Assembly (NCBI RefSeq): GCF_000009045.1
Contig: NC_000964.3
Coordinates: forward strand, 1,178,001 to 1,242,000
Source of the DNA: Bacillus subtilis subsp. subtilis str. 168
GTDB lineage: Bacteria > Bacillota > Bacilli > Bacillales > Bacillaceae
Length of the DNA: 64,000 bases
Reading direction: 5' to 3'
Shown: positions 53,083 through 62,355 of the stretch, in pieces
Position numbering within the stretch: position 1 is the stretch's first letter
How the letters are laid out: every line of letters starts with the position of its first letter
Notes under the pieces: generated by a model
What the model saw: the letters and a program-made list of their open reading frames with translations, nothing else
Databases searched by the model: none
Told to the model about the DNA's origin: nothing
Translations under genes and position numbers: made by a program

Positions 53083-55095
53083 GTGAAAGGCACAAAAGGA
53101 AAGGTTTTTCGTGTTTTTACTGCTTTTTTGGCATTCGTTCTCTTCATTACTGCATATGATTTGACAAAAGGCAGTGAAAAACCGGAAGATATTCACAACA
53201 CAAGTTTATTGAGAAACAGCTGTTTTTTCAATTGGCTTGAATCAAAGAAGACGAGGGGGATCACCATGGCTGAGGAAAAAAAAGCAAACCAACTGCCTGA
53301 CAGAAGTGAGGTAAAGGCAGAAGACACATGGAGACTTGAGGATATTTTTCCTAGTGATGAGGCCTGGAATAAAGAATTTCAAGCTGTAAAAGAATTAATT
53401 CCGAATTTATCTAAGTATAAAGGAAAGCTGGCAGATTCAGCTGATCATTTATACGAGGCTCTTACGTATCAAGATAAAGTGATGGAGCGGCTAGGTAGGC
53501 TGTACACATATGCGCATATGCGCTCTGACCAGGATACTGGGAACTCCTTTTACCAGGGGCTGAATGACAAGGCGGGAAACCTGTATACACAGGCCGCAAG
53601 CGCGACAGCTTATTTGGTTCCGGAGATTTTATCCATAGAAGAAGACAAACTGCAGCAGTTCATTCTTGAAAAAGAAGAATTGAAGCTGTACTCTCATGCG
53701 ATTGAGGAGATTACAAAGGAACGTCCGCATGTGCTGAGCGAGAAGGAAGAGGCGCTGCTTGCTGAAGCCTCCGAGGTACTGGGGTCATCTTCAAATACAT
53801 TCAGCGTGTTAAATAACGCAGATATAACGTTTCCATCCATTAAAGACGAAGATGGGAATGAAAAACAGATCACTCACGGCAACTTTATTAATTTCTTGGA
53901 AAGTGAAAACCGTGAAGTCCGCAAAAATGCGTTTGACGCAGTGTATAAAACGTACGGACAATATAAAAACACAATGGCCACGACGCTAAGCGGCACTGTG
54001 AAAAAGGACAACTTCTACGCGAGAGTGAAAAAGTACAAGTCCGCGCGTGAGGCTGCGCTTTCTAACAACAGTATTCCTGAGGAAGTATACGATAACCTTG
54101 TTAAGACGATTAATAAGCATTTGCCGCTCCTGCACCGCTATATTGCGCTAAGAAAGAAAGTGCTTGAGCTTGATGAAGTGCATATCTATGACCTGTATAC
54201 ACCGCTTGTGAAAGATGCTGGGATGAAGGTGACATACGAGGAAGCCAAAGATTACATGCTGAAAGGCCTCGCACCTTTAGGGGAAGAATATGCCTCTATC
54301 CTAAAAGAAGGACTGGAAAACCGCTGGGTGGACGTTTACGAAAATAAAGGCAAACGCAATGGGGCTTATTCATCAGGAGCTTACGGCACGAATCCGTATA
54401 TTTTGATGAACTGGCATAATAACGTCAATAATCTCTTTACGCTCGTGCACGAGTTTGGACATTCCGTACACAGCTACTATACGAGAAAGCACCAGCCTTA
54501 TCCATACGGCAATTACAGCATCTTTGTCGCGGAAGTTGCCTCTACGACAAATGAAGCGCTCCTTGGCGAATATTTGCTGAACAATTTAGAGGATGAAAAA
54601 CAGCGCTTATATATTCTCAACCATATGCTTGAGGGCTTCAGGGGAACGGTCTTCAGACAAACGATGTTCGCTGAATTTGAACATCTGATTCATACAAAGG
54701 CGCAAGAAGGCGAGCCGCTTACACCTGAGCTTCTGACAAATGTCTATTACGACCTGAATAAAAAGTATTTTGGAGACGGCATGGTGATTGATAAGGAAAT
54801 CGGCCTTGAATGGTCGCGTATTCCGCACTTCTATTACAATTACTATGTGTATCAGTATGCGACAGGTTACAGCGCTGCCCAAGCATTAAGCAGCCAGATT
54901 TTGAAGGAAGGAAAGCCGGCGGTTGACCGTTATATTGACTTCCTGAAAGCGGGAAGCTCACAATACCCGATTGATGTCCTGAAAAAAGCGGGTGTTGATA
55001 TGACGTCTCCAGAGCCAATCGAAGCCGCGTGCAAAATGTTTGAAGAAAAACTTGATGAAATGGAAGAGCTGCTGATGAAAGTCAAGCAGTCTTAA
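53083..55095 (+). CDS. pepF: Oligoendopeptidase F (M3B); long 670-aa (GTG 53083) and short 609-aa (ATG 53266) starts
   Basis: HEFGH, FVAEVAS, YQYATG; both starts have an SD. Confidence 0.93.
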   Translation: MKGTKGKVFRVFTAFLAFVLFITAYDLTKGSEKPEDIHNTSLLRNSCFFNWLESKKTRGITMAEEKKANQLPDRSEVKAEDTWRLEDIFPSDEAWNKEFQAVKELIPNLSKYKGKLADSADHLYEALTYQDKVMERLGRLYTYAHMRSDQDTGNSFYQGLNDKAGNLYTQAASATAYLVPEILSIEEDKLQQFILEKEELKLYSHAIEEITKERPHVLSEKEEALLAEASEVLGSSSNTFSVLNNADITFPSIKDEDGNEKQITHGNFINFLESENREVRKNAFDAVYKTYGQYKNTMATTLSGTVKKDNFYARVKKYKSAREAALSNNSIPEEVYDNLVKTINKHLPLLHRYIALRKKVLELDEVHIYDLYTPLVKDAGMKVTYEEAKDYMLKGLAPLGEEYASILKEGLENRWVDVYENKGKRNGAYSSGAYGTNPYILMNWHNNVNNLFTLVHEFGHSVHSYYTRKHQPYPYGNYSIFVAEVASTTNEALLGEYLLNNLEDEKQRLYILNHMLEGFRGTVFRQTMFAEFEHLIHTKAQEGEPLTPELLTNVYYDLNKKYFGDGMVIDKEIGLEWSRIPHFYYNYYVYQYATGYSAAQALSSQILKEGKPAVDRYIDFLKAGSSQYPIDVLKKAGVDMTSPEPIEAACKMFEEKLDEMEELLMKVKQS

Positions 55096-55101
55096 AAAAG
55101 T

Positions 55102-55134
55102 AAGCCTGTGCGGAAATGACGCACAGGCTTTTTT
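55102..55134. terminator. Bidirectional terminator pepF / yizD
   Basis: AAGCCTGTGCG-N7-CGCACAGGCTTTTTT. Confidence 0.8.
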
Positions 55135-55300
55135 AAAACCCTTTAAAGGTTTTCCGGTGATTCAAGCGGTAGAGGGTAAACAAAATAGACAGAAACAGCA
55201 GAGGAGAGGTAATATAAAGCGGCAGCATATGCATCATGCCTAAGATATTCAAGCAGAAAAAAACAGCAATGCACACAATTGAGATCAAAGTAGACATCAT
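55133..55300 (-). CDS. yizD: 55-aa two-TM membrane peptide (absent from the ORF track)
   Basis: MMSTLISIVCIAVFFCLNILGMMHMLPLYITSPLLFLSILFTLYRLNHRKTFKGF*; SD AGGAGG (plus 55307-12). Confidence 0.85.
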   Translation of the reverse strand: MMSTLISIVCIAVFFCLNILGMMHMLPLYITSPLLFLSILFTLYRLNHRKTFKGF

Positions 55301-55428
55301 GGCGGTCCTCCTCGTCCTTTTTCCTTATAAGGATATGAGTGAATGCACTTCGTTATGTTTTGTGACAAAAATATGAACATTAAGCATAGAGGTTGTCAAA
55401 AGTCGACATCTTTTGTTATCATAAGGAT

Positions 55429-55543
55429 GTGAAATTGATCACAAACAAACATTACCCCTTTGTTTGACCGTGAAAAATTTCTCCCATCCCCTTTGTTGTC
55501 GTTAAGACATATGAAACCGCGCTTATCCCGGCGCGGTTTCTTT
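55429..55543 (+). ncRNA. roxS: RoxS (RsaE-family) small regulatory RNA
   Basis: Promoter TTGTCA-N18-TATCAT; Rex-like box ATGTGAAATTGATCACAA at the start; C-rich motifs at 55455-58, 55481-85, 55488-91; terminator GAAACCGCGC...GCGCGGTTTCTTT. Confidence 0.92.
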
Positions 55544-55613
55544 AGTGCTAAAAATGGAACGTACGTTTGGTTATGGCATAAAAAAACAGCCTCAAGCATA
55601 TGCACGCCTGCGG

Positions 55614-56513
55614 CTATTTTTCACATGATTGATATTCATCAGAATAAGTGCTGAGAGACTTCCAAAACATTCCGTGTTTGGCTTCCACTTTGGCAACCTT
55701 TTTAGCAAACGCCAGTTTTTTCATTTCTTTTTCTACCTCTTCAAGGCTCAGGTCATATACAAGAGCAATTTCCTTCGAGGCAACGAAGCGGAAATATTCA
55801 ATAAAACATTCTAAAGGCGGTGTTTCCGACGGCTTCGGCTCGTCGCCAAGCATCTCAAATAAAATTTCTTCATATACATCATATGAGTAGCTGCCAGGAA
55901 CTTTAAGCCCTTCATCCTCATGCTGCGTATTAAAAAACGTCAGTGTCGGATTAACAGAAACATCCATCTCGGCAGCAATTTTCATGTCACATTGAAGCGC
56001 CTTGACCGCGCTTTGAGAATGCAGATCTTTTTTGAATTCTTCAAGATCGAGACTTGTATTTTCAGCAATCTCCAAAAGCACGTTTTCATCCGTAATATTT
56101 TTCTTTGAAACAAATAGGCTCTCCTGCATATTTCTGAGAAATTGCATGCCGGCTTTTCGTCCTTGCAGTTCGGCTGCTTTAAAAGCGAGAGCAGCCATAT
56201 AAGGCGATGAAAGCGGCTGATCCTGTTCGAACCAGACATTGCCGTCACATGACATGCCAGAGCGGCTCGCGATCTTTTCCCATGCTTCTGCGAGAAGATG
56301 CTTTTTTCGCTTTTTATTTAAAGCGGTAAGGCTTGCGGAAGCGATAATGCGTAAGGTGAAAAAACGTCCGTATCTGATTTTCAGCTTTTTGATGACGGGC
56401 TCTAAGGACCAGCATTCAGGACATAAAGGGTCTACAAACATATAAATTTCAAGCGGTTTTTTTGGATGACCGTGGCAATGGGCGAAGTATAGCTCATGCT
56501 GATAGTTTGTCAA
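55614..56513 (-). CDS. spxH: ClpXP adaptor for Spx (DsbA-like)
   Basis: 299 aa; FVDPLCPECW; ATGA overlap with yjbI; also called yjbH. Confidence 0.93.
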   Translation of the reverse strand: MTNYQHELYFAHCHGHPKKPLEIYMFVDPLCPECWSLEPVIKKLKIRYGRFFTLRIIASASLTALNKKRKKHLLAEAWEKIASRSGMSCDGNVWFEQDQPLSSPYMAALAFKAAELQGRKAGMQFLRNMQESLFVSKKNITDENVLLEIAENTSLDLEEFKKDLHSQSAVKALQCDMKIAAEMDVSVNPTLTFFNTQHEDEGLKVPGSYSYDVYEEILFEMLGDEPKPSETPPLECFIEYFRFVASKEIALVYDLSLEEVEKEMKKLAFAKKVAKVEAKHGMFWKSLSTYSDEYQSCEK

Positions 56514-56908
56514 GATGATCGATCCTCCGCTTCCGTTTGATTCACCATATGCCTTGCTGTCAACTCCAGCCGGCCAAACAAAAACTCACGAATTTCGCCC
56601 TCCAGCCCTACATGGTCCATTGCGTCCTTCATACAGCTGAGCCACGCATCAGCTCTCTCGTTTGTAATTGGAAAGGGAAGATGCCTTGCTCTGAGCATAG
56701 GATGGCCGTGTTCCTCAGTATAAAGAGGAGGCCCGCCTAAATACTGAGTTAAGAATTGCTTCTGTTTCCTGGCGGTTTCTGTCAAATCGCTTGGAAAAAT
56801 CGGCTTCAGCAAAGGATGAGACGCGACACGCTCATAAAAAGTATCAACAAGTTGCGATAGAAGTTCCTCTCCAATCGCTTCATAAGGTGCGTTAAACGAT
56901 TGTCCCAT
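56510..56908 (-). CDS. yjbI: Group II truncated hemoglobin
   Basis: 132 aa; YLGGPPLY, HGHPMLRARHLPF, ADAWL. Confidence 0.95.
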   Translation of the reverse strand: MGQSFNAPYEAIGEELLSQLVDTFYERVASHPLLKPIFPSDLTETARKQKQFLTQYLGGPPLYTEEHGHPMLRARHLPFPITNERADAWLSCMKDAMDHVGLEGEIREFLFGRLELTARHMVNQTEAEDRSS

Positions 56909-57132
56909 GTTGACTACTCCTTTAAATATGGCTAATAGGAATCATAAATCCTATTGCAAAAAGTAATTTTCTGTATTTCATTGTTTCATCTAGATTTATT
57001 TTAGCAACAAGGCATCATTTCTACAAACAAACTGCCTTTTATGCGTTTGATGACTCATTTCGGCTGACAGCCGGGGTTTGTATTTCATATCATATCACAT
57101 AAAAATCAGGAATGCGTAAGATTTCACTTCGC

Positions 57133-57164
57133 AAAAAAACCAGAGGGAAAGAGCACCTCTGGTT
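57133..57164 (-). terminator. cwlQ terminator
   Basis: Minus strand AACCAGAGG...CCTCTGGTTTTTTT. Confidence 0.75.
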
Positions 57165-57897
57165 ACGCGTAATAAACTGAAGTTATTTTTTTTACATAGT
57201 TTTGCGTTTCTTGGAAAGGAGGAATGCCTCCGTATCGGTCAACATTCCCCGGTCCGGCGTTGTAAGCCGCTAATGCCATAGACACATTGCCGTCGTATTT
57301 ATCCAGCATTTGTTTTAAATATTTCGTTCCGCCCTCCACATTTTGCTGCGGATCAAGCGGATTGGAAACGCCAAGTGAGCTTGCTGTTGACGGCATCAGC
57401 TGCATGAGGCCCATCGCACCTGCTCCGCTGACCGCTTTTGCATTAAAGCCTGATTCCTGTTTGATGACGGCGCGGATCAGTTTTTCATCAACGCCATATT
57501 TATCAGCGGCTTTTTTAATCGCACTGTCAATAGAGAAGTCTCCCGAACGGATCTGATTTGCTTCATGTTTGTTTGAAGCTGAATCTGCAACAGCTGTTTC
57601 AGTGCTTTCTGCCGCTTTTGTGACTGAACCTGAATTGCTGCTCGTATATGAGTTAAGCCCATACGCTGAAAGCAGTGACGGCGCTGTTGTATTCGCGCTG
57701 TTCAGCATGCTGAGCGGGCTTGGCGATGAAGAAGGTGCTGATTGCTGAGATGTCAGACCGTTTGTATATTGGCTGAGCAAAGAACTGAAACTTGAAAGCG
57801 GGCTTTCCGTATTCTGAGTGTCCGAGCTGCTGCGTGCATTAGATATGGACTGTAATGCCTGAAGCTGAAGTAATGCTGCCCAATTCGTTACATTCAC
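57163..57897 (-). CDS. cwlQ: Soluble lytic transglycosylase CwlQ (YjbJ) with Ser-rich N-terminal extension
   Basis: 244 aa from GTG 57897 (SD AAGGTGG); [27 protein letters not shown]. Confidence 0.88.
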   Translation of the reverse strand: MNVTNWAALLQLQALQSISNARSSSDTQNTESPLSSFSSLLSQYTNGLTSQQSAPSSSPSPLSMLNSANTTAPSLLSAYGLNSYTSSNSGSVTKAAESTETAVADSASNKHEANQIRSGDFSIDSAIKKAADKYGVDEKLIRAVIKQESGFNAKAVSGAGAMGLMQLMPSTASSLGVSNPLDPQQNVEGGTKYLKQMLDKYDGNVSMALAAYNAGPGNVDRYGGIPPFQETQNYVKKITSVYYA

Positions 57898-57911
57898 GAT
57901 GTCATTCCACC

Positions 57912-58484
57912 TTATATAGACTTTCGTTTTTCTTCATAAAAACGCAGAATTTTATTTTTGGTTTCGCGCTGAGGAATGCTGAATTGCTGAAGCAGCTTTT
58001 CGAAGGCTTGTCTGCCCTCATGCCAATCCGCCGCCTCAAATTCAATTTCATAGTCCTCTTTATTTAAATATCGGCTGTGGTCTAAAACTATTAAGCCTTT
58101 TTCTGTTTCTTTTTCCGCACGGTTTGTTGCTAAAGATCCAAAGTATTGTATGGCATCCGTATCGATCTGAAGCTTGTGCAGCTGGTCCTTCACAGGGCCC
58201 TCGGGAACTGAAAATCCAGCGAGATCTGATACCTCTGAAAGCTGCTGGTGCGTTTCCAGAAGCCCCACATCAGCCGGCTCCTTTAATGTAAGGACATACT
58301 TTCCGTTTTTTCTGCGGATACGAAGCGCAGCATGTTTTTGTTTCAGCGCGAAGCTGTCTGTATCAAAATAATGATTCTTTTGATCTGTAAAATCTTTTTC
58401 TGTCAGCTGGAGTGCCGATGCTATGTTTTTGAATTCTTGTTTGGTCAGCATGTTTTTAAATTCGATTTCAATCTCTTGGCTCAT
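57912..58484 (-). CDS. yjbK: CYTH / triphosphate-tunnel-fold protein
   Basis: 190 aa; EIEIEFK, ALRIRRK, DYEIEFE. Confidence 0.92.
   Translation of the reverse strand: MSQEIEIEFKNMLTKQEFKNIASALQLTEKDFTDQKNHYFDTDSFALKQKHAALRIRRKNGKYVLTLKEPADVGLLETHQQLSEVSDLAGFSVPEGPVKDQLHKLQIDTDAIQYFGSLATNRAEKETEKGLIVLDHSRYLNKEDYEIEFEAADWHEGRQAFEKLLQQFSIPQRETKNKILRFYEEKRKSI
58068..58094 (-). promoter_or_regulatory. sigma-D promoter for cwlQ, inside yjbK
   Basis: Minus strand TTAA-N15-GCCGATAT. Confidence 0.75.
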
Positions 58485-58608
58485 GATGCTCTTCCTTTCC
58501 GCCCTGTAAATCTTATTTTTACTATTATCTCTTTAGATGTTAGGTTTATCAATATCGAGCTCGATATGATAAAATGAATCTGTACTTTGTTTAAAAAAGG
58601 AGAGCATT

Positions 58609-58977
58609 ATGCAAAACAGAATCGAAATTTTGAATGCAACATTATCGGATGATCAGCTTCGCCTTGCCTGTCAGACAGAAGGAAACGAAGCGGAACGCAA
58701 GCCGTCAGGTCAAATGCTTGTTGATTCTGACCACTTTGCTTTTGTATACATACTTGAATTAGCTGATTCTTTTGAATATGTCATTATAAAGGAACATGTA
58801 TGGCCGGAACTGAAGCAGGCCCATGCACAAAAAATACCGGTTGTTTTAGAGGCAGGAGACCAAACAATTGAACTGGCAGGCCTGCATGAGGAGCTGGAAT
58901 ATCTTTTAGAAAATATAAAAGATAATGCAAACTATGGAGAAGAAATGGAAGAAAAAGTGAAACGCGTGTTTTTATAG
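58609..58977 (+). CDS. yjbL: UPF0738-family protein
   Basis: 122 aa, SD AAAGGAG; QMLVDSDHFAFVY, NANYGEEM. Confidence 0.82.
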   Translation: MQNRIEILNATLSDDQLRLACQTEGNEAERKPSGQMLVDSDHFAFVYILELADSFEYVIIKEHVWPELKQAHAQKIPVVLEAGDQTIELAGLHEELEYLLENIKDNANYGEEMEEKVKRVFL

Positions 58978-59002
58978 AAACTGGTTCGGAATTGGGGGAT
59001 GT

Positions 59003-59641
59003 ATGATGGATGACAAACAATGGGAGCGTTTTTTAGTGCCGTACCGCCAGGCTGTCGAAGAGTTGAAAGTGAAGCTCAAGGGGATCCGCACACTATATGA
59101 ATACGAGGACGACCATTCACCGATCGAATTTGTGACCGGACGCGTCAAGCCTGTGGCGAGCATACTTGAAAAAGCGAGACGGAAAAGCATACCGCTGCAT
59201 GAAATTGAAACCATGCAGGACATTGCTGGCCTTAGAATCATGTGCCAATTTGTCGATGACATCCAAATCGTAAAAGAGATGCTTTTTGCCAGAAAAGATT
59301 TCACCGTTGTGGATCAGAGGGATTATATTGCGGAACATAAAGAGAGCGGATACCGATCATACCATCTTGTTGTGCTGTACCCTTTGCAGACGGTATCCGG
59401 AGAAAAGCATGTTCTCGTAGAAATACAGATCCGTACACTGGCGATGAATTTTTGGGCGACCATTGAACATTCATTGAATTATAAATACAGCGGAAACATT
59501 CCTGAAAAAGTAAAACTAAGGCTTCAGCGCGCTTCTGAAGCGGCTTCCCGGCTTGATGAAGAGATGTCGGAGATCAGGGGTGAAGTACAGGAAGCTCAAG
59601 CTGCCTTTTCAAGAAAGAAAAAAGGAAGCGAGCAACAATAG
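59003..59641 (+). CDS. sasB: Small alarmone (p)ppGpp synthetase RelQ/SasB (YjbM)
   Basis: 212 aa; GRVKPVASI, QDIAGLR, SGYRSYH, EIQIRT..MNFWATIEH. Confidence 0.96.
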   Translation: MMDDKQWERFLVPYRQAVEELKVKLKGIRTLYEYEDDHSPIEFVTGRVKPVASILEKARRKSIPLHEIETMQDIAGLRIMCQFVDDIQIVKEMLFARKDFTVVDQRDYIAEHKESGYRSYHLVVLYPLQTVSGEKHVLVEIQIRTLAMNFWATIEHSLNYKYSGNIPEKVKLRLQRASEAASRLDEEMSEIRGEVQEAQAAFSRKKKGSEQQ

Positions 59642-59659
59642 GTAAAGGGGAAGAAGAGC

Positions 59660-60460
59660 ATGAAATTTGCCGTATCATCAAAAGGAGATCAAGTTTCTGA
59701 TACGCTGAAAAGCAAAATACAGGCGTATTTATTGGATTTTGATATGGAACTGGATGAAAATGAACCGGAAATCGTTATTTCAGTCGGAGGCGACGGAACG
59801 CTTTTGTATGCTTTTCACAGATACAGCGACCGTTTGGACAAAACAGCATTTGTCGGCGTTCACACAGGTCATCTGGGTTTTTATGCCGACTGGGTTCCTC
59901 ATGAAATTGAAAAACTTGTTCTTGCCATCGCGAAAACGCCGTATCATACAGTCGAATATCCGCTTCTCGAAGTCATTGTGACCTATCACGAAAACGAGCG
60001 GGAAGAAAGATACTTAGCTTTGAATGAATGTACGATTAAAAGCATCGAAGGAAGCCTTGTTGCTGATGTGGAAATCAAAGGGCAGCTCTTTGAAACCTTC
60101 CGGGGCGACGGCCTCTGCCTGTCAACTCCATCAGGCAGCACAGCCTACAATAAGGCGCTGGGCGGAGCGATTATCCATCCGTCTATCAGGGCGATCCAGC
60201 TTGCGGAAATGGCTTCAATTAATAACCGCGTGTTCCGTACGGTCGGGTCACCTCTGCTTCTCCCATCCCATCATGATTGCATGATTAAGCCGAGAAACGA
60301 AGTTGACTTTCAAGTGACGATTGACCATTTAACCCTTCTCCATAAGGATGTAAAGTCGATCCGCTGCCAAGTTGCATCCGAAAAAGTGCGGTTTGCGAGA
60401 TTCCGTCCGTTTCCATTTTGGAAAAGAGTCCAGGATTCGTTTATTGGAAAAGGTGAATAG
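59660..60460 (+). CDS. ppnKA: NAD kinase
   Basis: 266 aa; [18 protein letters not shown]. Confidence 0.96.
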   Translation: MKFAVSSKGDQVSDTLKSKIQAYLLDFDMELDENEPEIVISVGGDGTLLYAFHRYSDRLDKTAFVGVHTGHLGFYADWVPHEIEKLVLAIAKTPYHTVEYPLLEVIVTYHENEREERYLALNECTIKSIEGSLVADVEIKGQLFETFRGDGLCLSTPSGSTAYNKALGGAIIHPSIRAIQLAEMASINNRVFRTVGSPLLLPSHHDCMIKPRNEVDFQVTIDHLTLLHKDVKSIRCQVASEKVRFARFRPFPFWKRVQDSFIGKGE

Positions 60461-60474
60461 AAAGAGGACATATC

Positions 60475-61374
60475 GTGGAGCATTTTTTTATCAGAAAGAA
60501 CATTACTTCCGCTGAGGACGGGATGACTGTAAAAGAATATGCCGGTGAACTGGGAATTTCGAAACGTCTGCTGACCGATATTAAGTTTGGCGGGGGAGAC
60601 CTGCAGATTAACGGTGAGCATGTGACGGTCAAATACGTTTTGAAAGAGGGAGATCTTCTTATCGTGAAGTTTCCTGAGGAGCAGGTGAGCGAGACGCTGT
60701 TGGCAGAGCCTGTTCCGCTCGATATCCTTTATGAGGATGAACATGTGCTTGTGATAAACAAGCAGCCGTATGTGTCATCAATCCCTTCGAGAGAGCACCC
60801 CTCCGGCAGCATTGCCAATGGAATTATTGATCATTATCAAACAACCGGAGTGAGGGCGACAGTTCATCTTGTCACCCGGTTAGACCGGGATACATCAGGT
60901 ATCATGCTTGTTGCCAAGCATCGATTTGCCCACTCCATTTTATCGTCTGCGCAAAAAAACGGCCTTGTGAAACGCCGGTATGCGGCAGTGGTTCACGGGC
61001 GGATGGCACAGATGGAGGGAACAGTCGATGCTCCGATTGGCAGACATCCTGACAGTATTATTGAACGGACGGTAACGCCAGACGGCCAGAAGGCTGTTAC
61101 TCATTTTTACGTCACATGTGCAAATGATGACATGACCTCGGTGGCATTGCAGCTTGAGACTGGACGAACCCATCAAATTCGTGTTCATATGAGCTATCTC
61201 GGGCACCCGTTGTGCGGCGATACACTGTACGGCGGAACGAGACAGGAAATTGGCCGGCAGGCTCTGCACAGCGAGCATCTTTCGTTTATCCATCCGCTGA
61301 CACAGGAGAACATGAGGTTTCATGCTCCACTGCCTCAGGACATGAGCAAACTGATAAAAGGAGAGAATCATTGA
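60475..61374 (+). CDS. yjbO: RluA/RluD-family pseudouridine synthase
   Basis: 299 aa; RLDRDTSG, LETGRTHQIR, GDTLYG. Confidence 0.93.
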   Translation: MEHFFIRKNITSAEDGMTVKEYAGELGISKRLLTDIKFGGGDLQINGEHVTVKYVLKEGDLLIVKFPEEQVSETLLAEPVPLDILYEDEHVLVINKQPYVSSIPSREHPSGSIANGIIDHYQTTGVRATVHLVTRLDRDTSGIMLVAKHRFAHSILSSAQKNGLVKRRYAAVVHGRMAQMEGTVDAPIGRHPDSIIERTVTPDGQKAVTHFYVTCANDDMTSVALQLETGRTHQIRVHMSYLGHPLCGDTLYGGTRQEIGRQALHSEHLSFIHPLTQENMRFHAPLPQDMSKLIKGENH

Positions 61375-61386
61375 TTCTCTCCTTTT

Positions 61387-62121
61387 TTATATGGGGCGAA
61401 ATCTTGATTCGTCGTAAGGCAGGGAGCTTGGAACAGAGACGGTTTCTATTTCTGGAAAGCGAAAGCCTGTCAGTTGATTTCCGAACACGCAGCCTGTATC
61501 AATGTTGATGGTGCGATTGACCTTCCGAGGCTCTTTCACAGGTGTATGACCGTATACCACCCAAGCCTTTCCGTTATAGGCTGCCGCCCAATCACGCCTG
61601 ATGGGTCTGCCGTCCGGATATGTTTCACCCGTCACGTCACCGTAAAGCACAAAGTCCTTCACTCTGCGGGTATATTTGCCGATATCGTCAGCTCTTATGC
61701 CAGCATGGGCGACAACTAATTCTCCATTATGTAAGATGTCGTAAAGCGGCGCTGTTTCGTACAGCTTCATAAACTGTTCGCTGACTGATTTTTTCTCATC
61801 TTTGGAAAGTTCCTCAAGCTCTGCCGCTGTTGTTTCGAGACCATGCATCACTTTTACCGGATTTCCTTTTAAGTAACGATATAATTTATTGCAATGGTTT
61901 CCCGGGACATAACGCACAGCGCCTTTTTCGTAAGCGCCGGCTACAAATCGGATGACCTCTATCGATTTGGGCCCTCTGTCAGTTAAATCTCCGGCAAAAA
62001 CAAGCACCCTGCCTTCTTCATGGACAGGTACTCCATTTTTGATTGTATAGCCAAGCTTTTGGATTAATGCAGTCATTTCGTCATAGCAGCCATGAATATC
62101 GCTGATGATATCGTAAGCCAT
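61387..62121 (-). CDS. prpE: PPP-family phosphatase / asymmetric Ap4A hydrolase
   Basis: 244 aa; SDIHG, GDLTDRG, GNH, GHTP, IDTG. Confidence 0.94.
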   Translation of the reverse strand: MAYDIISDIHGCYDEMTALIQKLGYTIKNGVPVHEEGRVLVFAGDLTDRGPKSIEVIRFVAGAYEKGAVRYVPGNHCNKLYRYLKGNPVKVMHGLETTAAELEELSKDEKKSVSEQFMKLYETAPLYDILHNGELVVAHAGIRADDIGKYTRRVKDFVLYGDVTGETYPDGRPIRRDWAAAYNGKAWVVYGHTPVKEPRKVNRTINIDTGCVFGNQLTGFRFPEIETVSVPSSLPYDESRFRPI

Positions 62122-62355
62122 GCGGTCTCCTCCTTACCGATTGTTTTATTTATTATGAAGCAAAGTGTTGTGAGTCATCACAAGCTTTTATGTGCAAATT
62201 ATAGAAGAAGAATCATTTTCTAAACAGGATTAAGACCTTATCACTTTATTTTTCATCATCACCCTTGTTAAAATCGCGTTATGTTTTTTAAAAATGAGGT
62301 TTTGTTCTCTGAGTGAGAACTAGCATAACCCTGACTTAAAAAGGAGGTTCTGATT

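Noticed and set aside
57560-57860. Ser/Thr-rich, CTG/TGA-rich tract as a DNA repeat
   Set aside because: No periodic unit; explained by low-complexity coding sequence of the CwlQ N-terminus
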